Positions 1 through 16,335 of a stretch of 64,000 nt of DNA are shown piece after piece (the stretch's first letter is position 1; the number at the start of each line of letters is the position of its first letter). The notes below the pieces were generated by a model. The model was not told where the DNA came from. It saw only the letters and a list, made by a program, of their open reading frames with translations, and searched no databases. Location of the stretch: positions 3,224,001 to 3,288,000 of the forward strand of contig CM022668.1 in NCBI GenBank assembly GCA_012295275.1, written 5' to 3'. The DNA comes from Chrysomallon squamiferum. Its lineage: Eukaryota > Animalia > Mollusca. Both the position numbers and the translations under genes were made by a program.

Positions 1-62
1 CATTAAGCGTTAATAGATGGGAACGTTAGGTGTCGGTTTTGTTATTATTACTATTACTGTTA

Positions 63-132
<70 letters not shown>

Positions 133-529
133 CAGCTGTTTTTACTTGTTTAATTTTCTTTAAATAAAAACGTAATTTTATATTATATTTATATTATGTG
201 ACACAATCATATAAACCTGACATTCACAACCTGTTTACAAAATACACTGTGTCTATGAATCTCAATACTCTCATATTATAGAAAATATATTCCCTTTAAA
301 CAGAATAACTTTTATTCTTAATAGACGGTTTTTTCATGACAAGTCTGTTAATGACGATGTAATAAATATTTGATATAAAGTCACAGCAGAAGAGGTTGTA
401 TAATTTTCTACTTTTCATTATTTTTATCTTTTTAGGCCCCAGAATGTAAATTAGAAAAAAAAATGGACAACAAATTATTAGTTAGACTTAGCAAATTTCA
501 TATTTAGGCTCTGATCTTTTTGGCGTATA

Positions 530-725
530 CAGGTACCGGACCAATTATCCGGACTCCTTGGGGCATAAGGCATTCCGAATTCCTGGATTTTCCGGTTTTC
601 TGCTACCAAAGAATCTAAATACGTAAATAACCCGGCGCCTCGAACAAAAGTAGCGTCGGGAAATTTGTTTCCAATTTTCTGTTTTTTCCGGATTTCCGGA
701 CGCCGGATAATTGGTCCGGTACCGG
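530..725. mobile_element. MITE with about 23-bp terminal inverted repeats and TA target duplication (Tc1/mariner superfamily type), internally deleted
   Basis: TA-caggtaccggaccaattatccgg ... ccggataattggtccggtaccgg-TA; related copies at 23922, 26687 and 51573. Confidence 0.85.
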
Positions 726-1845
726 TATTTAAATCTGTGTATCCCACGTTGAAAGTTCGCGACTAACCAACAGAAGTTTCAATCTTACGTAAAACATGGA
801 TCTCAAATTTGTTCTAATTTCATATCCATCTCAGGATTAGTGTCTGTGTTTAATCCCTTCTTGTTAAAAACAAAAATTTAATACATTATATTATCGACAG
901 ATTTTAATTTAACACATGTAAGACTTCAATAGGTTAATTAGCTGAAAAATAAACTACCAAACAAACGGAAATAGTTAGTTTTTTATTCAGCCACTTGATG
1001 TGAAACGTTTCCTAAAACTCGACAAAACTTTCACATGGAAGAAAATACGCGAGAAAACGAAATTGTAATGGACGATCGGGAACGCGCTATCGATTTTGAT
1101 TATTAACATTGGAAACAGTTATTATTATTATTATTTTTAAGTGAAATCTGAAAAAGCAATAATATCGATGTGGTAAACTATATTCTCTCGTTTCAAGCAA
1201 GAGTGGAATTAACATATTCTTGGGTAGTAAAAAATATGTAAACAATATTGGATTTGCATTCTCAAGTTACCTGAATTCGTACTGATGAGAAGAATTCATT
1301 AAAAAGTTGTTCGACAGGAGGATTAAAATAGTACGGTAAATACAAAACTGATGGTGTGATTTCTAGCTTTTTTTTTCTTTGCTGTGTTTTTACAATAATT
1401 ATATACAGAACATTAGTAATTTATTTTATTAATGTTTCAGTCGATTATTGATTTTCTATGAATTGTGTCTTACTTCGGTCTATTTTTGAATAAGCATTTA
1501 TGTACTGTAATGTATTTACAATGTAGATTATAATGTATGTGGTAATGTGTATGAAAATATATTTGTTGTAATGTATATGCAATTGCATGTTCAGTAGCTA
1601 CTATCTGTATGTGTATACTGTACGTATGTGCGTGTAGTGATGTGAGACCAAGTGCATGCGTGTATGTCTGTTTACTTTCTGTCTGCATGATGTTTGTCTG
1701 TCTTTCTCTCAGTTTCTCCCTCTGTCTCCTTCTCACTTTGTCTCTCTCTCACGCTAGTTTTATGCATGTTTGTGTGTAAATGTGTATGTGTATGTGTGTT
1801 CACTTTTCTGACTGATTATTTGAAATCGGAAAGAAACATTTTATT

Positions 1846-1927
<82 letters not shown>

Positions 1928-2526
1928 TTTATGATTGATTATTGAAAATATTATCTTCTATTTGTGTACAATCTGTTACGACTGAAACATTTTGTCTTTG
2001 AAGGAATACAATTTATTTATATCTCTGGACTTTTATAGTTCTACGTAACCTGTCAACACTGATAACAAAGAATTACAAGAAAATAACACTGTTACAAAAC
2101 ATTAGAATATGAACATTTTTACATTTTACATGACGTCACTGCATGTGTATTGAATGACAGAAGTTGTTCTCTAATTTTGGATGGACTGTGGACTTTCTCA
2201 TTATATGACGTTCACATCTTTCGTAAACAAAAAGTTAATAATTATTCTAAACATTCTTGTTTTTCTTCTTCTTCTTCTTCTTCTTCTTCTTATTATTATT
2301 ATTATTCTTATTATTGTTTATTCACTGATTCAAAGAAACTAAATTAGGATGCTGACAGATGTTTCTTTAGAAATCATTAAGTACACATTTATATAACTAG
2401 CATCATCTGTTACTTGGTTAACATATGTATGTATATCTATGTATGTATGCATATATGTATGCTTGTATATATGTAAGTATATATATATATGTATGTATGT
2501 ATGTATATCTAAGTATGTGTGTGTGT

Positions 2527-2557
<31 letters not shown>

Positions 2558-2855
2558 ATTCATTAGAGAAAAAATAACTGGAGTTGTGTTTCTTAAGTTT
2601 CGATCAAATTCTTTCTGTAGATTTGTGTTTCTAACAATAATCCCATTCTTCTATATATTAATGTACCTTTGTTTTTTATTTATTATTGTGATTATTATTA
2701 CTGATATCATTTATTTATCTATTTATGTATTTATCTTGGGGTTTAGTTGAGGTTTTCATTGCATCTAACAACCAGCCATAATCCGGCCCTCGTGTTAGAT
2801 TTTATAATAGAAAAACACAAAGTTAGGGGTTAAAGAGACAGCGGAGTTAGGTACT

Positions 2856-3350
2856 TAATGTTAATGTTAGGTATTATTGTTAATGTTAGGTATTATTGTT
2901 AATGTTAGGTGTTAATGTTAGGTATTATTGTTAATGTTAGGGGTTAATGTTAGGTATTATTGTTAATGTTAGGTGTTAACGTTATTCTTAATGTTAGATG
3001 TTAATGTTAGGTATTATTGTTAAGGTGTTAATGTTAGGTGTTGTTATTATATGTTAGCTGTTTGTTAATGTTATCGTTAATGTTAGGTATTATTGTTAGA
3101 TGTTAATGTTAGGTATTATTGTTAGGTGTTAATGTTAGGTACTATTGTTAGGTGTTAATGTTAGGTATTATTGTTATGTGTTAATGTTAGGTACTATTGT
3201 TAGGTGTTAATGTTAGGTATTATTGTTAGGTGTTAATGTTAGGTACTATTGTTAGGTGTTAATGTTAGGTATTATTGTTAGGTGTTAATGTTAAGTATTA
3301 TTGTTATGTGTTAATGTTAGGTATTTTTGTTTTAATGTTATGTACTATTG
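2856..3350 (+). repeat. Minisatellite of ttaggtgttaatg / ttaggtattattg units upstream of a FReD pseudogene
   Basis: Directly visible tandem repeats; homologous arrays at 20560-21670 and 48070-48530. Confidence 0.9.
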
Positions 3351-3476
3351 GTCAGTGTGAAAGTTAAGTGTCAGTGTTAGGTGTTAGTTTGATTTGTATA
3401 TATTCGTCGAGATTAAACAGATGACTCATAATTTTTTCTGGCAGATCTTGAAACAAACATTTCTATTGTAAACAGA

Positions 3477-3633
3477 ATGCTTTTTTACGTTCTTATTAGT
3501 TATTTGTTGTGTGCGTCTGGAAGTGAACAGCTACCCCATATAAATATATATTCACACACACATTCACACACACAGACATATATATACACAAACACGTTAA
3601 TATATCTCTCTTAGTGTCTATCTCTCCCTCACT

Positions 3634-3673
<40 letters not shown>

Positions 3674-4447
3674 TTCGCTTCCTGTCTATCTCTAATAGAC
3701 AAATATATACACATATATACGCACATACACACACATACACATATATACCCACATACGCACATACACATATATACGCACATACACACACATACACATATAT
3801 ACCCATATACACACATACACACACATACTCACACACAGATACACATATATACCCACATACACGCATACACATATATACCCAGATACACACATACACATAT
3901 ATACGCACATACACACACAAACACATATATACCCACACACACATACACACACATACTCACACACACATACACATATATGCCCACATACACACACATACAC
4001 ACACATAGAGGGACAAATGTTTACTGTTCCGATGCTTACACGTGTAGTAGTTTTATACATATTGACTTTTCTCTACAGATTTTCGGCGACCATCTGACTG
4101 TGAAGAGATAAGAAAACATAGAAACTAAGAGCGGAATCTACTGAGTCTATCCTACAGATCATAAAGAACACATTGACATTTACTGTGAACTAGGCGTCAG
4201 TGACAACGACACTTGGTGGGTACGTGTCATTTTAAAATAATACTTGTTAAAAGTAAACACAATTTTCTCATTTATATCATAGTCATCGTCATAGTCGTTG
4301 TTCTTTTTGTTACTGTTATTCTTCTTATTATTATCATTTATGTCTGTTCTCTGTCTGTCTCTCTGCCCATCTATTCATTCAACTAAAGTCACGAAAATAC
4401 ACGGATACACACATATATACATACGTACGTACATATATATATACATT

Positions 4448-4484
<37 letters not shown>

Positions 4485-4914
4485 ACACACACGTACTTTG
4501 GATTTGGACCTCTCATGAACGAATTCTGGTTACGTCATATTTATTAATAATTTATGTCATCATCTATTCTGCCATTGTAAAACTTTCTAAAGATTTTCTT
4601 ACTTTTATTTATATTTTTATTTTATTTTTTATTTTCTTGTTACTGTTGTTGTTTTACAGATCCAATCAAAAGATATTCCTACTGAGTTCAGTGCTAAAAA
4701 CTTGGACAGAGACACATAGAGCCATAACTGTGCTCAGACGTTCAAAGGGGGCTGGTGGTATAAACACTGTCACAGTTGTAATCTGAACGGTCGCTATGGA
4801 AACCACACCTCGTATGCTGATGGGATAGACTGGAACGCTTTCAAGGGAAACCAATATTTTATGAAGAGAACAGTTATGAAGATACAGCCAATACCAAGTC
4901 AGCTTCATTACTGA
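3477..4914 (+). pseudogene. Fibrinogen-related-domain (FReD) pseudogene
   Basis: Signal exon 3477-3522 (MLFYVLISYLLCASG); DCEEIRK exon 4079-4219 with a frameshift and stops; only the 3' half of the GFG..NEFWL exon (about 4496-4535); the NENIHRL exon is missing; terminal exon ([15 protein letters not shown]...QPIPSQLHY) has W>TAG; AATAAA at 4922. Confidence 0.9.
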
Positions 4915-5154
4915 TACTTTGAATAAAGTATCGATCAGCTGCAATATGTTTCTTTTGTTTTTCTATATTTGTTAAGTGTGAGGGTATGTTTGTGTGTCTC
5001 CATTTCACTGTGTCTACGTAAGTGATAAAACCGTAGCATGCTAAACAACAACATCTGTTATTCTCACGAGTGTAAAATACTTTAAAGACGGCTACGTCTA
5101 ATACGACTTAGGTGGATACATTAAGATTTGGTGTAGGATCTTTTGACTAGTCTT

Positions 5155-5182
5155 CAATACGCAACATGGAACGAAGGCCACT
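5155..5182 (-). other. Probable untrimmed Oxford Nanopore ligation adapter at contig end (artefact)
   Basis: caatacgcaacatggaacgaaggccact aligns to caatacgtaactgaacgaagtacatt, the reverse complement of the ONT adapter AATGTACTTCGTTCAGTTACGTATTGCT. It begins exactly where homology to 18731 stops and directly precedes the N gap. Confidence 0.75.
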
Positions 5183-5382
5183 NNNNNNNNNNNNNNNNNN
5201 NNNNNNNNNNNNNNNNNNNNNNNNNNNNNNNNNNNNNNNNNNNNNNNNNNNNNNNNNNNNNNNNNNNNNNNNNNNNNNNNNNNNNNNNNNNNNNNNNNNN
5301 NNNNNNNNNNNNNNNNNNNNNNNNNNNNNNNNNNNNNNNNNNNNNNNNNNNNNNNNNNNNNNNNNNNNNNNNNNNNNNNNNN
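5183..5382. other. Scaffold gap (200 N)
   Basis: Run of N. Confidence 1.
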
Positions 5383-6290
<908 letters not shown>

Positions 6291-7710
6291 TGAAAAAAGT
6301 TTATCCCATGTCTACCTCTCAAGGGAAAGGGTCCTATCGGTGCTGCTTCTCGCAGATTTTCCTTACCTTTTGGCCCCGCGTAGCACGCACTCGGCTCGGC
6401 GTACGGGAGGAAGGGAAATACCTTCGGGGTTGATCAGTCAGGAGTTGTTGTTATTGTTATTGTTATTGTTATTGTTGTTGTTGTTATTATTATTATTATT
6501 ATTATTATTAGTAGTATTATTATTATTATTATTAATTTTATTTTTGTATTTATACATTCATTTATTTATTTACTTATTTAATTTATTTATTTATTTATTT
6601 TTTTATTTTTTATTTTTATTATTATTATTATTATTATTATTTTTGTTTAATTTTATTTATTTTATTTTGTTTTATTATTTTATTTTTTACTATTTCTTTT
6701 TCTCATGTTTTCCTTTTATTTTATTTTATTTTTTTATTTATTTATTTATTTATTTATTTGTTTGTTTTTTTGTTTGTTTGTTTGTTTATTTTTTTTTTTT
6801 TATTTTTATTTTTTTTTTTGTTTTTTTTTCTTTGTGTGTGTATGTGTGTGTGTGTGTGTATGCGTGCGCGTGCGTGCGTGCGTGCGTGCGTGCGTCGGTT
6901 TGAAAAATGTGTCTTCCAATGTGAAACTGAATTGGCACATCACGACGGCGCGATTATTAATGCATTTCAATTTCGATGTTTCCTTTTTATTTATTTTATT
7001 TTTATTTTAGTCATTTAGAAAATAAGTAAGATAAATAAATAAATAAAGAAAGAAATAAATAAATAAATAAACAAATAAACAAATAAACAAACAAACAAAC
7101 ATACAAACTAACAAACAGACAAAAACTATTAATAATAATAATAAGGATGAGAATAATAATAATAATAATAATGATGATGATGATAATGATAATTATAATA
7201 AAAACTGCAAAAACAGCAGCAACAATAATAATAACAACAACAACAACAACAACAATAATTGACAGTGGACGGATGAAACCCGGCGGCTTTTTTCCTTTTC
7301 TCTCGTCATATTTTTATTTATTTATTTTTTTTTTTTTTTTTTTCAAATTATTTTTTCTTAATATTTCTTTCTTTTTTCTTTTTTTTTTTTTCTTTCTTTC
7401 TTTTTTTTATGTTGTTTATTTATTTATTTATTATTTTTTTTTTTTCTGCAGTCTTTAACGTGATATTGACATCGGTAGTGAGTTCCGAGACCCACTTTTG
7501 AAAATATTGTTATACTTTATTACTAGGAAAGGCTGGTACCAGTAAACCTGGAATGTATAAATTACACTGGGTCCATTATAGAGCATCAGCTATATTTTTA
7601 TTAAGTTCAACTTTTATAAGTAAAAATCTTTTTCTTTGAGCTGAATTCTCACATTGCTTATTTACAGAATTTTCATCATTTATCCAAAATAGTGACTAAT
7701 GAACTTAAAA

Positions 7711-7762
<52 letters not shown>

Positions 7763-8274
7763 TAAAACAACAACAACAACAACAACAACAACAGTAATAA
7801 TAATAGGCAGTGGACGGATGAATCCCGACGTCTTTTTTCCTTTTCTCTCGTCCGCCCAGTGGAGTGCAGTCGACCCGACCCAACCTGATCCGACCCGACC
7901 CTACCCGAGTGTAGCCGAACGGAGCTGAGCTGAGATCGGTTCCCATGACAACGGCGAGACGAACGTTAGAAAACTGGGTCTCGGTACTCGCTACCGATGT
8001 CAATTTCGCCTTAAAGACTGCACAAAAATTAAGAATAAAAAAAAATGAATAAATAAATAAAAAAAAATTATTGACAGTGACACTTTACAGTCCATCACCA
8101 CGAAAGACGAAATGCAATGCTGTTCACAACAACAACAACAACAACAACAACACCACCACCACCACCACCACAACAACCAACAACAACAACAACAACAGCA
8201 ATAATGCTAATTTCGTGCAAAATGACTCGTGAACACAGGATAAGTGCGAAACCTTTGTATTATTATCATTACCG

Positions 8275-8310
<36 letters not shown>

Positions 8311-8389
8311 ATTATTATTATTAGTAGTAGTAGTAGTAGTAGTATTATAGTACAGTACCGTAGATGCACAGACACACACACACGCATGG

Positions 8390-8719
8390 CGCTTTCTTTC
8401 TTTCTTTCTTTCTTTGAGTAGAAGAAGAACAACAACAACAAGATCGAATACTGCCAGCGCTTTATTTTTATTTTTTTATTTCTTTATTTTTCTTTTTCTT
8501 TTCTTTTATTAATTTTTTTTTTTTTTTTTTTTTGATATTTTTTTTTAATTCTTTTTTTTCATTTTTTTTTTTTTTTTTTTTTTTTCCTCATGTTTTTATC
8601 TTTTTTTTTTTTTTTTTTTTTGTTTGTGTGAGTGCACTGTTTAAGGTGAAATTGTCAGCGAGCCAATACTGCCGGCGTTTATTTTTATTTCGAATTTTTC
8701 TTTATTTTATTTTTTTTAA

Positions 8720-8785
<66 letters not shown>

Positions 8786-8943
8786 TTATTTTTTTTTCAT
8801 TTTTTTTTTTAAATTTTATTTTATTTTTTTTTTATTTTATTTTTTTATTTTTTATTTTTTTTTATTTTTTATTTTTTTTTTTATTTTTTTTTATTTTAAA
8901 TTTTATTTTTTTTATTTTATTTTATTTTATTTATTATTTTTTC

Positions 8944-8990
<47 letters not shown>

Positions 8991-9247
8991 GTAGTAGTAT
9001 TGCCATCGTTATCGTTATTTAGCGCACGCAATAAGAACAACAAAGATAAATAAACCTCGGTTCGTTAAAGCGATTGTCTACGGCCACACCACGTTGAAAA
9101 CACCGGTTCTCGTCCGATCACCGAAGTTAAGCAACGCAGGGCTCGGACAGTACTTGGATGGGTGACCGCCTGGGAACACCGAGTGCCGTAGACACGCCTG
9201 TTTCTTTATTTTTGTTTTGTTTTGTTTTGTTTTTTCTTTCTTTCTTT

Positions 9248-9303
<56 letters not shown>

Positions 9304-9545
9304 TGAAGAACAAGAACAACAAGATCGAATACTGCCAGCGATTTATTTTTCTTTTTTTATTTCTTTATTTTTCTTTTCTTTTCTTTTATTATTTTTTTGA
9401 TTTTTGATTTTTTTTCTTTAATTCTGTTTCTTTCTTTTCTTTTTTTTTCTCCTCATGTTTTTATCTTCTTTTTTTTTTTTTTTTTTTTTTTTTTTCTGTT
9501 CAAGGTGAAATTGTCATGGAGGCAATACTGCCAGCGCTTTAATTT

Positions 9546-9582
<37 letters not shown>

Positions 9583-9650
9583 TTTTTTTTTTTTTTTTTT
9601 CATGTTTTTATTTTAAATTTTACATATTTTATCTTATTTATTCTTTTTTT

Positions 9651-9716
<66 letters not shown>

Positions 9717-9800
9717 GTTTATTATTGCCATCGTTATCGTTGTCGTTATTCAGCGCACGCAATAAGAAGAACGAAGATAAATAGACGTCGGTTCGTGTTT
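8390..9800 (+). repeat. 5S rDNA repeat remnant: two tandem spacer copies, only the first followed by a 5S gene
   Basis: Spacer motifs aacaagatcgaatactgccagcg (about 8437, 9316), aaggtgaaattgtca (8643, 9502) and attgccatcgttatcgtt...agcgcacgcaataagaa...cggttcgt (about 9000, 9724) each occur twice. Confidence 0.8.
9076..9194 (+). rRNA. 5S ribosomal RNA
   Basis: 119 nt, gtctacggccacaccacgttgaaaacaccggttctcgtccgatcaccgaagttaagc...gtacttggatgggtgaccgcctgggaacaccgagtgccgtagaca; box A and box C present; helix I gtctacggc/gccgtagac is perfectly complementary; T-runs downstream; molluscan-type sequence. Confidence 0.97.
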
Positions 9801-10445
9801 TTTTTTCTTTTTTTTTTTTTTTTTTGTTTTTTTTTTCTTTCTTTTTCTTTCCAATTTTCAGGCACTGCCGGACAATTCGGCAGTTGCCTCATCTATTGAC
9901 GAATAACCTACCCATTTACAATTGACCAGGTTCTCTTCGAACATTAAAAGTGATTAAATTCTGTCTTAATTGAAAATAACGACGATTACGATTTAATTTA
10001 TAAAATGATCAGACACGTTGTTGTTGTTGTTGTTGTTGCAGTTAGTCAGAAAACATCTTTACGAATGGAAGATCGAGCCCACTGCACAGACGACAGTGTG
10101 CGTCAGTGCCGTGGACTCAGTCTTACATGCGATTTTTTGTTCACAGCAGCAAAAATAAATCATTTATTAAACGTATTGAACCCTATTGAAAAAAAAAAAA
10201 AAAAAAAAACAACAACAATTTTTTGGCAGCACCAAGTTCAAACTAAATCCGTATAGAATGATTTTTGGAATCAAGCACACAAACGTGGCGGCGGTAACTT
10301 TGCATCGAATTTAGAGATTATTTTTCTCTGGTAATTTCGACGACTACACGAAACGAGAATTATTAGAGGGAGATAAGCCGTGTAAGGAAATGAAGGCTGT
10401 GACAGTGGACGGATGAAACCCGATGTGTTTTTTTCTTTTCTCTCG

Positions 10446-10610
<165 letters not shown>

Positions 10611-10806
10611 TAATATATTTTTTTTAATTATTTTTTTCTTAATATTTATTTATTTCTTTATTTATTTTTATTTTATTTTTTTATTTATTTTTTATTATTT
10701 TATTTATTATTTTTTTATTTTTGGAGTGACCATGTTGTGTATGTCTGATTGTGTGTGTACGTATGTTATTTCAGCTGGCGCCTGAGCGCGCGCGCGCGTG
10801 TGTGTG

Positions 10807-10849
<43 letters not shown>

Positions 10850-11982
10850 ATTCCCATTCCCATTCCCATTCCCTACGTGCTGGTGGATAGAAACACAGAA
10901 ATTTAATTGTAACATAAGTGCAAATTTATTCTAAATGTGCTTGAGATTTGTGTGATCCTTATATTCAAATGCATTTCAGAATTTACTTCTCAAATACAGA
11001 ACGTGTAAAACAATTAGTCATTTCTTCTTCCTTGGACTTTTTTCATTCTTCATACTTGTACTTCACAAAATAAGATTTTCAACTTCTGACGCTACATAAA
11101 TACTTAACTAAATACATTTAATATAGTTCATATAACAATCTTTTAAGCTGTATCGTTTTAGATAAATATTTACTATACTGACATCAATAAAATCTTTTCT
11201 CATTTATATATTTCCAGTATTACATAATGCTTCTTTAAAACATTGTATTCTCCTATATTCTTGGATTTTTTGTAATTCTTTTTGTTCTTCCTTTTGTTAA
11301 TTTTCTCCTTTCTCAGTTCTCTTGAGGAATTAATGTAATTTTCCTTTATATTTTGTGAAACGTAGGGATATGAAGCAAACATATAAAGACAGTAAATACT
11401 TTGAGACATATCTTACGTTATGCAGTTCTCATTAACAGTTAAGTACACTGTAACGAAATTCTATGATCCTTATAACACTAACTTGTGTTTTCAGTAATCT
11501 CTTTAGACCAATTTATTTGTCTAACTAGCTCATGTTTAATATCAGTGTTAAATGCATTATTATACATACCATGTAGGTGTATACGAAGAATTTTATTAAG
11601 TTTTCGTTTATTTACGTTAACTTCCTATCTAGTAATTTTATTTGGTGCCTGTTAAATATTAATACTGATACATTTAACTGTGAATTTTTCAGAGTGATAA
11701 CTTTAGTGGTATTTCACCTGTATGTGCCAGTTCAGTATCGCTGAAGTAATGAAGACAAAACATTCCATTTTAGATCAAACTAGACAACATTTTTCTGTGT
11801 CAGATCCGTGTGTTTTATTTTTACCTTGCAAATTTCAACTACAGTTAGCTATTTGTGAAAGGGCTGACAACTTTGATTTGTATGTGACCTTTTAATCTCA
11901 AATACTATTATGTCTAATGTTGTGATTGCCATATCCTACGTGTCATATGATATTACTTCTCTAAAAATATTCTAATATATAT

Positions 11983-12098
11983 CATCTTATACCAGACACT
12001 TGAAACTTTCTTTAAATATTAATCTTATACCAGACACTTGAAATTTTCTTTAAATATTAATCTTATATCAGACACTTGAAGTTTTCTTCAAATATTTA
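11983..12098 (+). repeat. Three tandem copies of a 39-bp unit
   Basis: atcttataccagacacttgaaa(c/t)tttctttaaatatta repeated three times. Confidence 0.85.
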
Positions 12099-12497
12099 TT
12101 TCTTGCGAGATAATTTTCGTTACTTGATTTGGTAATTTTAATTTTATAATACGGCAAAATAGCCAGTATCGTTATAAAATACATGAAAAAATAAGTCACT
12201 GAAATGAATTTTTGAACCACACCGGAAGGCAACGATCAAGAAATTATCAGACAGCAGAAAAATACAATCGATGCATGTCCATTCACACAAAAAGCAGATA
12301 GTGTACGTATACATTTAAATGTATGTATATGTAACAAGTATCTGCTTTGTGTGCTTCTACATACATATTTACTAGAAATATGTTTTTGATGTTGTAACAG
12401 TTGTTATTACAGTTACGTTGTAGTGGTGATGATGGTGTTAGCAAATGTAATACTTTGTTTATTAGAGAAGAATCAGAACTGTTTGTTATTAACTTAC

Positions 12498-12639
12498 TTG
12501 TTGAAGCCGAGAGTTCTACAAACCACAGTGGCCTCGTAGTGGTAGAAATAAGTACTGTACAGTCTGCCCCATTTACCTTTGTACAGAACTTCTACTCGAC
12601 CTTCTTTAGTTGTATTACCATCAGCCAGACGAAGGTTAA
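12498..12639 (-). CDS. Exon encoding the N-terminal half of an SRCR (scavenger receptor cysteine-rich) domain
   Basis: AG-bounded exon with GTAAGT donor; translates to NLRLADGNTTKEGRVEVLYKGKWGRLYSTYFYHYEATVVCRTLGFN, which has the RL..G...EGRVEV...G.WG and A.VVCR.LG SRCR motifs. No second-half exon found by eye. Confidence 0.85.
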
Positions 12640-12679
12640 CTTTAGACAGCAAAAAATAAACAATCCATTTGTATTAAAT

Positions 12680-12786
<107 letters not shown>

Positions 12787-13107
12787 CTGAATATATAAAT
12801 GTAGATATTTTTAATTTACAGGGTGTGAAAGTTTAAGTAGAGAAAACTGAATGAACTCACAGCTGAAGATACAAAGAAAACACCAAGACTGGTCTAGAAT
12901 TTCAATCATTTTTTGTATTATTAAAAATAATTCAAAAGAAATATGTTTCCACCTTATAAAATAGCCGAGAACGGTTTTGGGAACAGTTTATCAGCAGTTT
13001 CAAAATAGGAGAATGTACACTTAAGTCAAAACTTCAGAATGTATAAGTTCATCAACATAAAGTGAATATTTGTTATATTTATTTATTTTATAGTACATCG
13101 ACATTAC

Positions 13108-16335
<3,228 letters not shown>

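Larger units (their letters stand above)
1..5154 (+). repeat. Segmental duplication copy A; inverted relative to 18731-24638 and 48070-52830
   Basis: Reverse complement of 1-60 matches 24580-24638; 5141-5154 (ttttgactagtctt) matches 18731-18744 in reverse. The MITE, minisatellite and FReD pseudogene in between are collinear. It ends at a contig end, so it may be a haplotig. Confidence 0.9.

Noticed and set aside
2856-3350. Interstitial telomere
   Set aside because: Units are ttaggtgttaatg-like, not the (TTAGGG)n used by molluscs.
6320-6445. U1, U2 or U12 snRNA
   Set aside because: Only short word matches (tgatca..cgaagg, gcttctcg..ccttttggc, gtaaggaaaat); no full-length alignment or Sm site visible.
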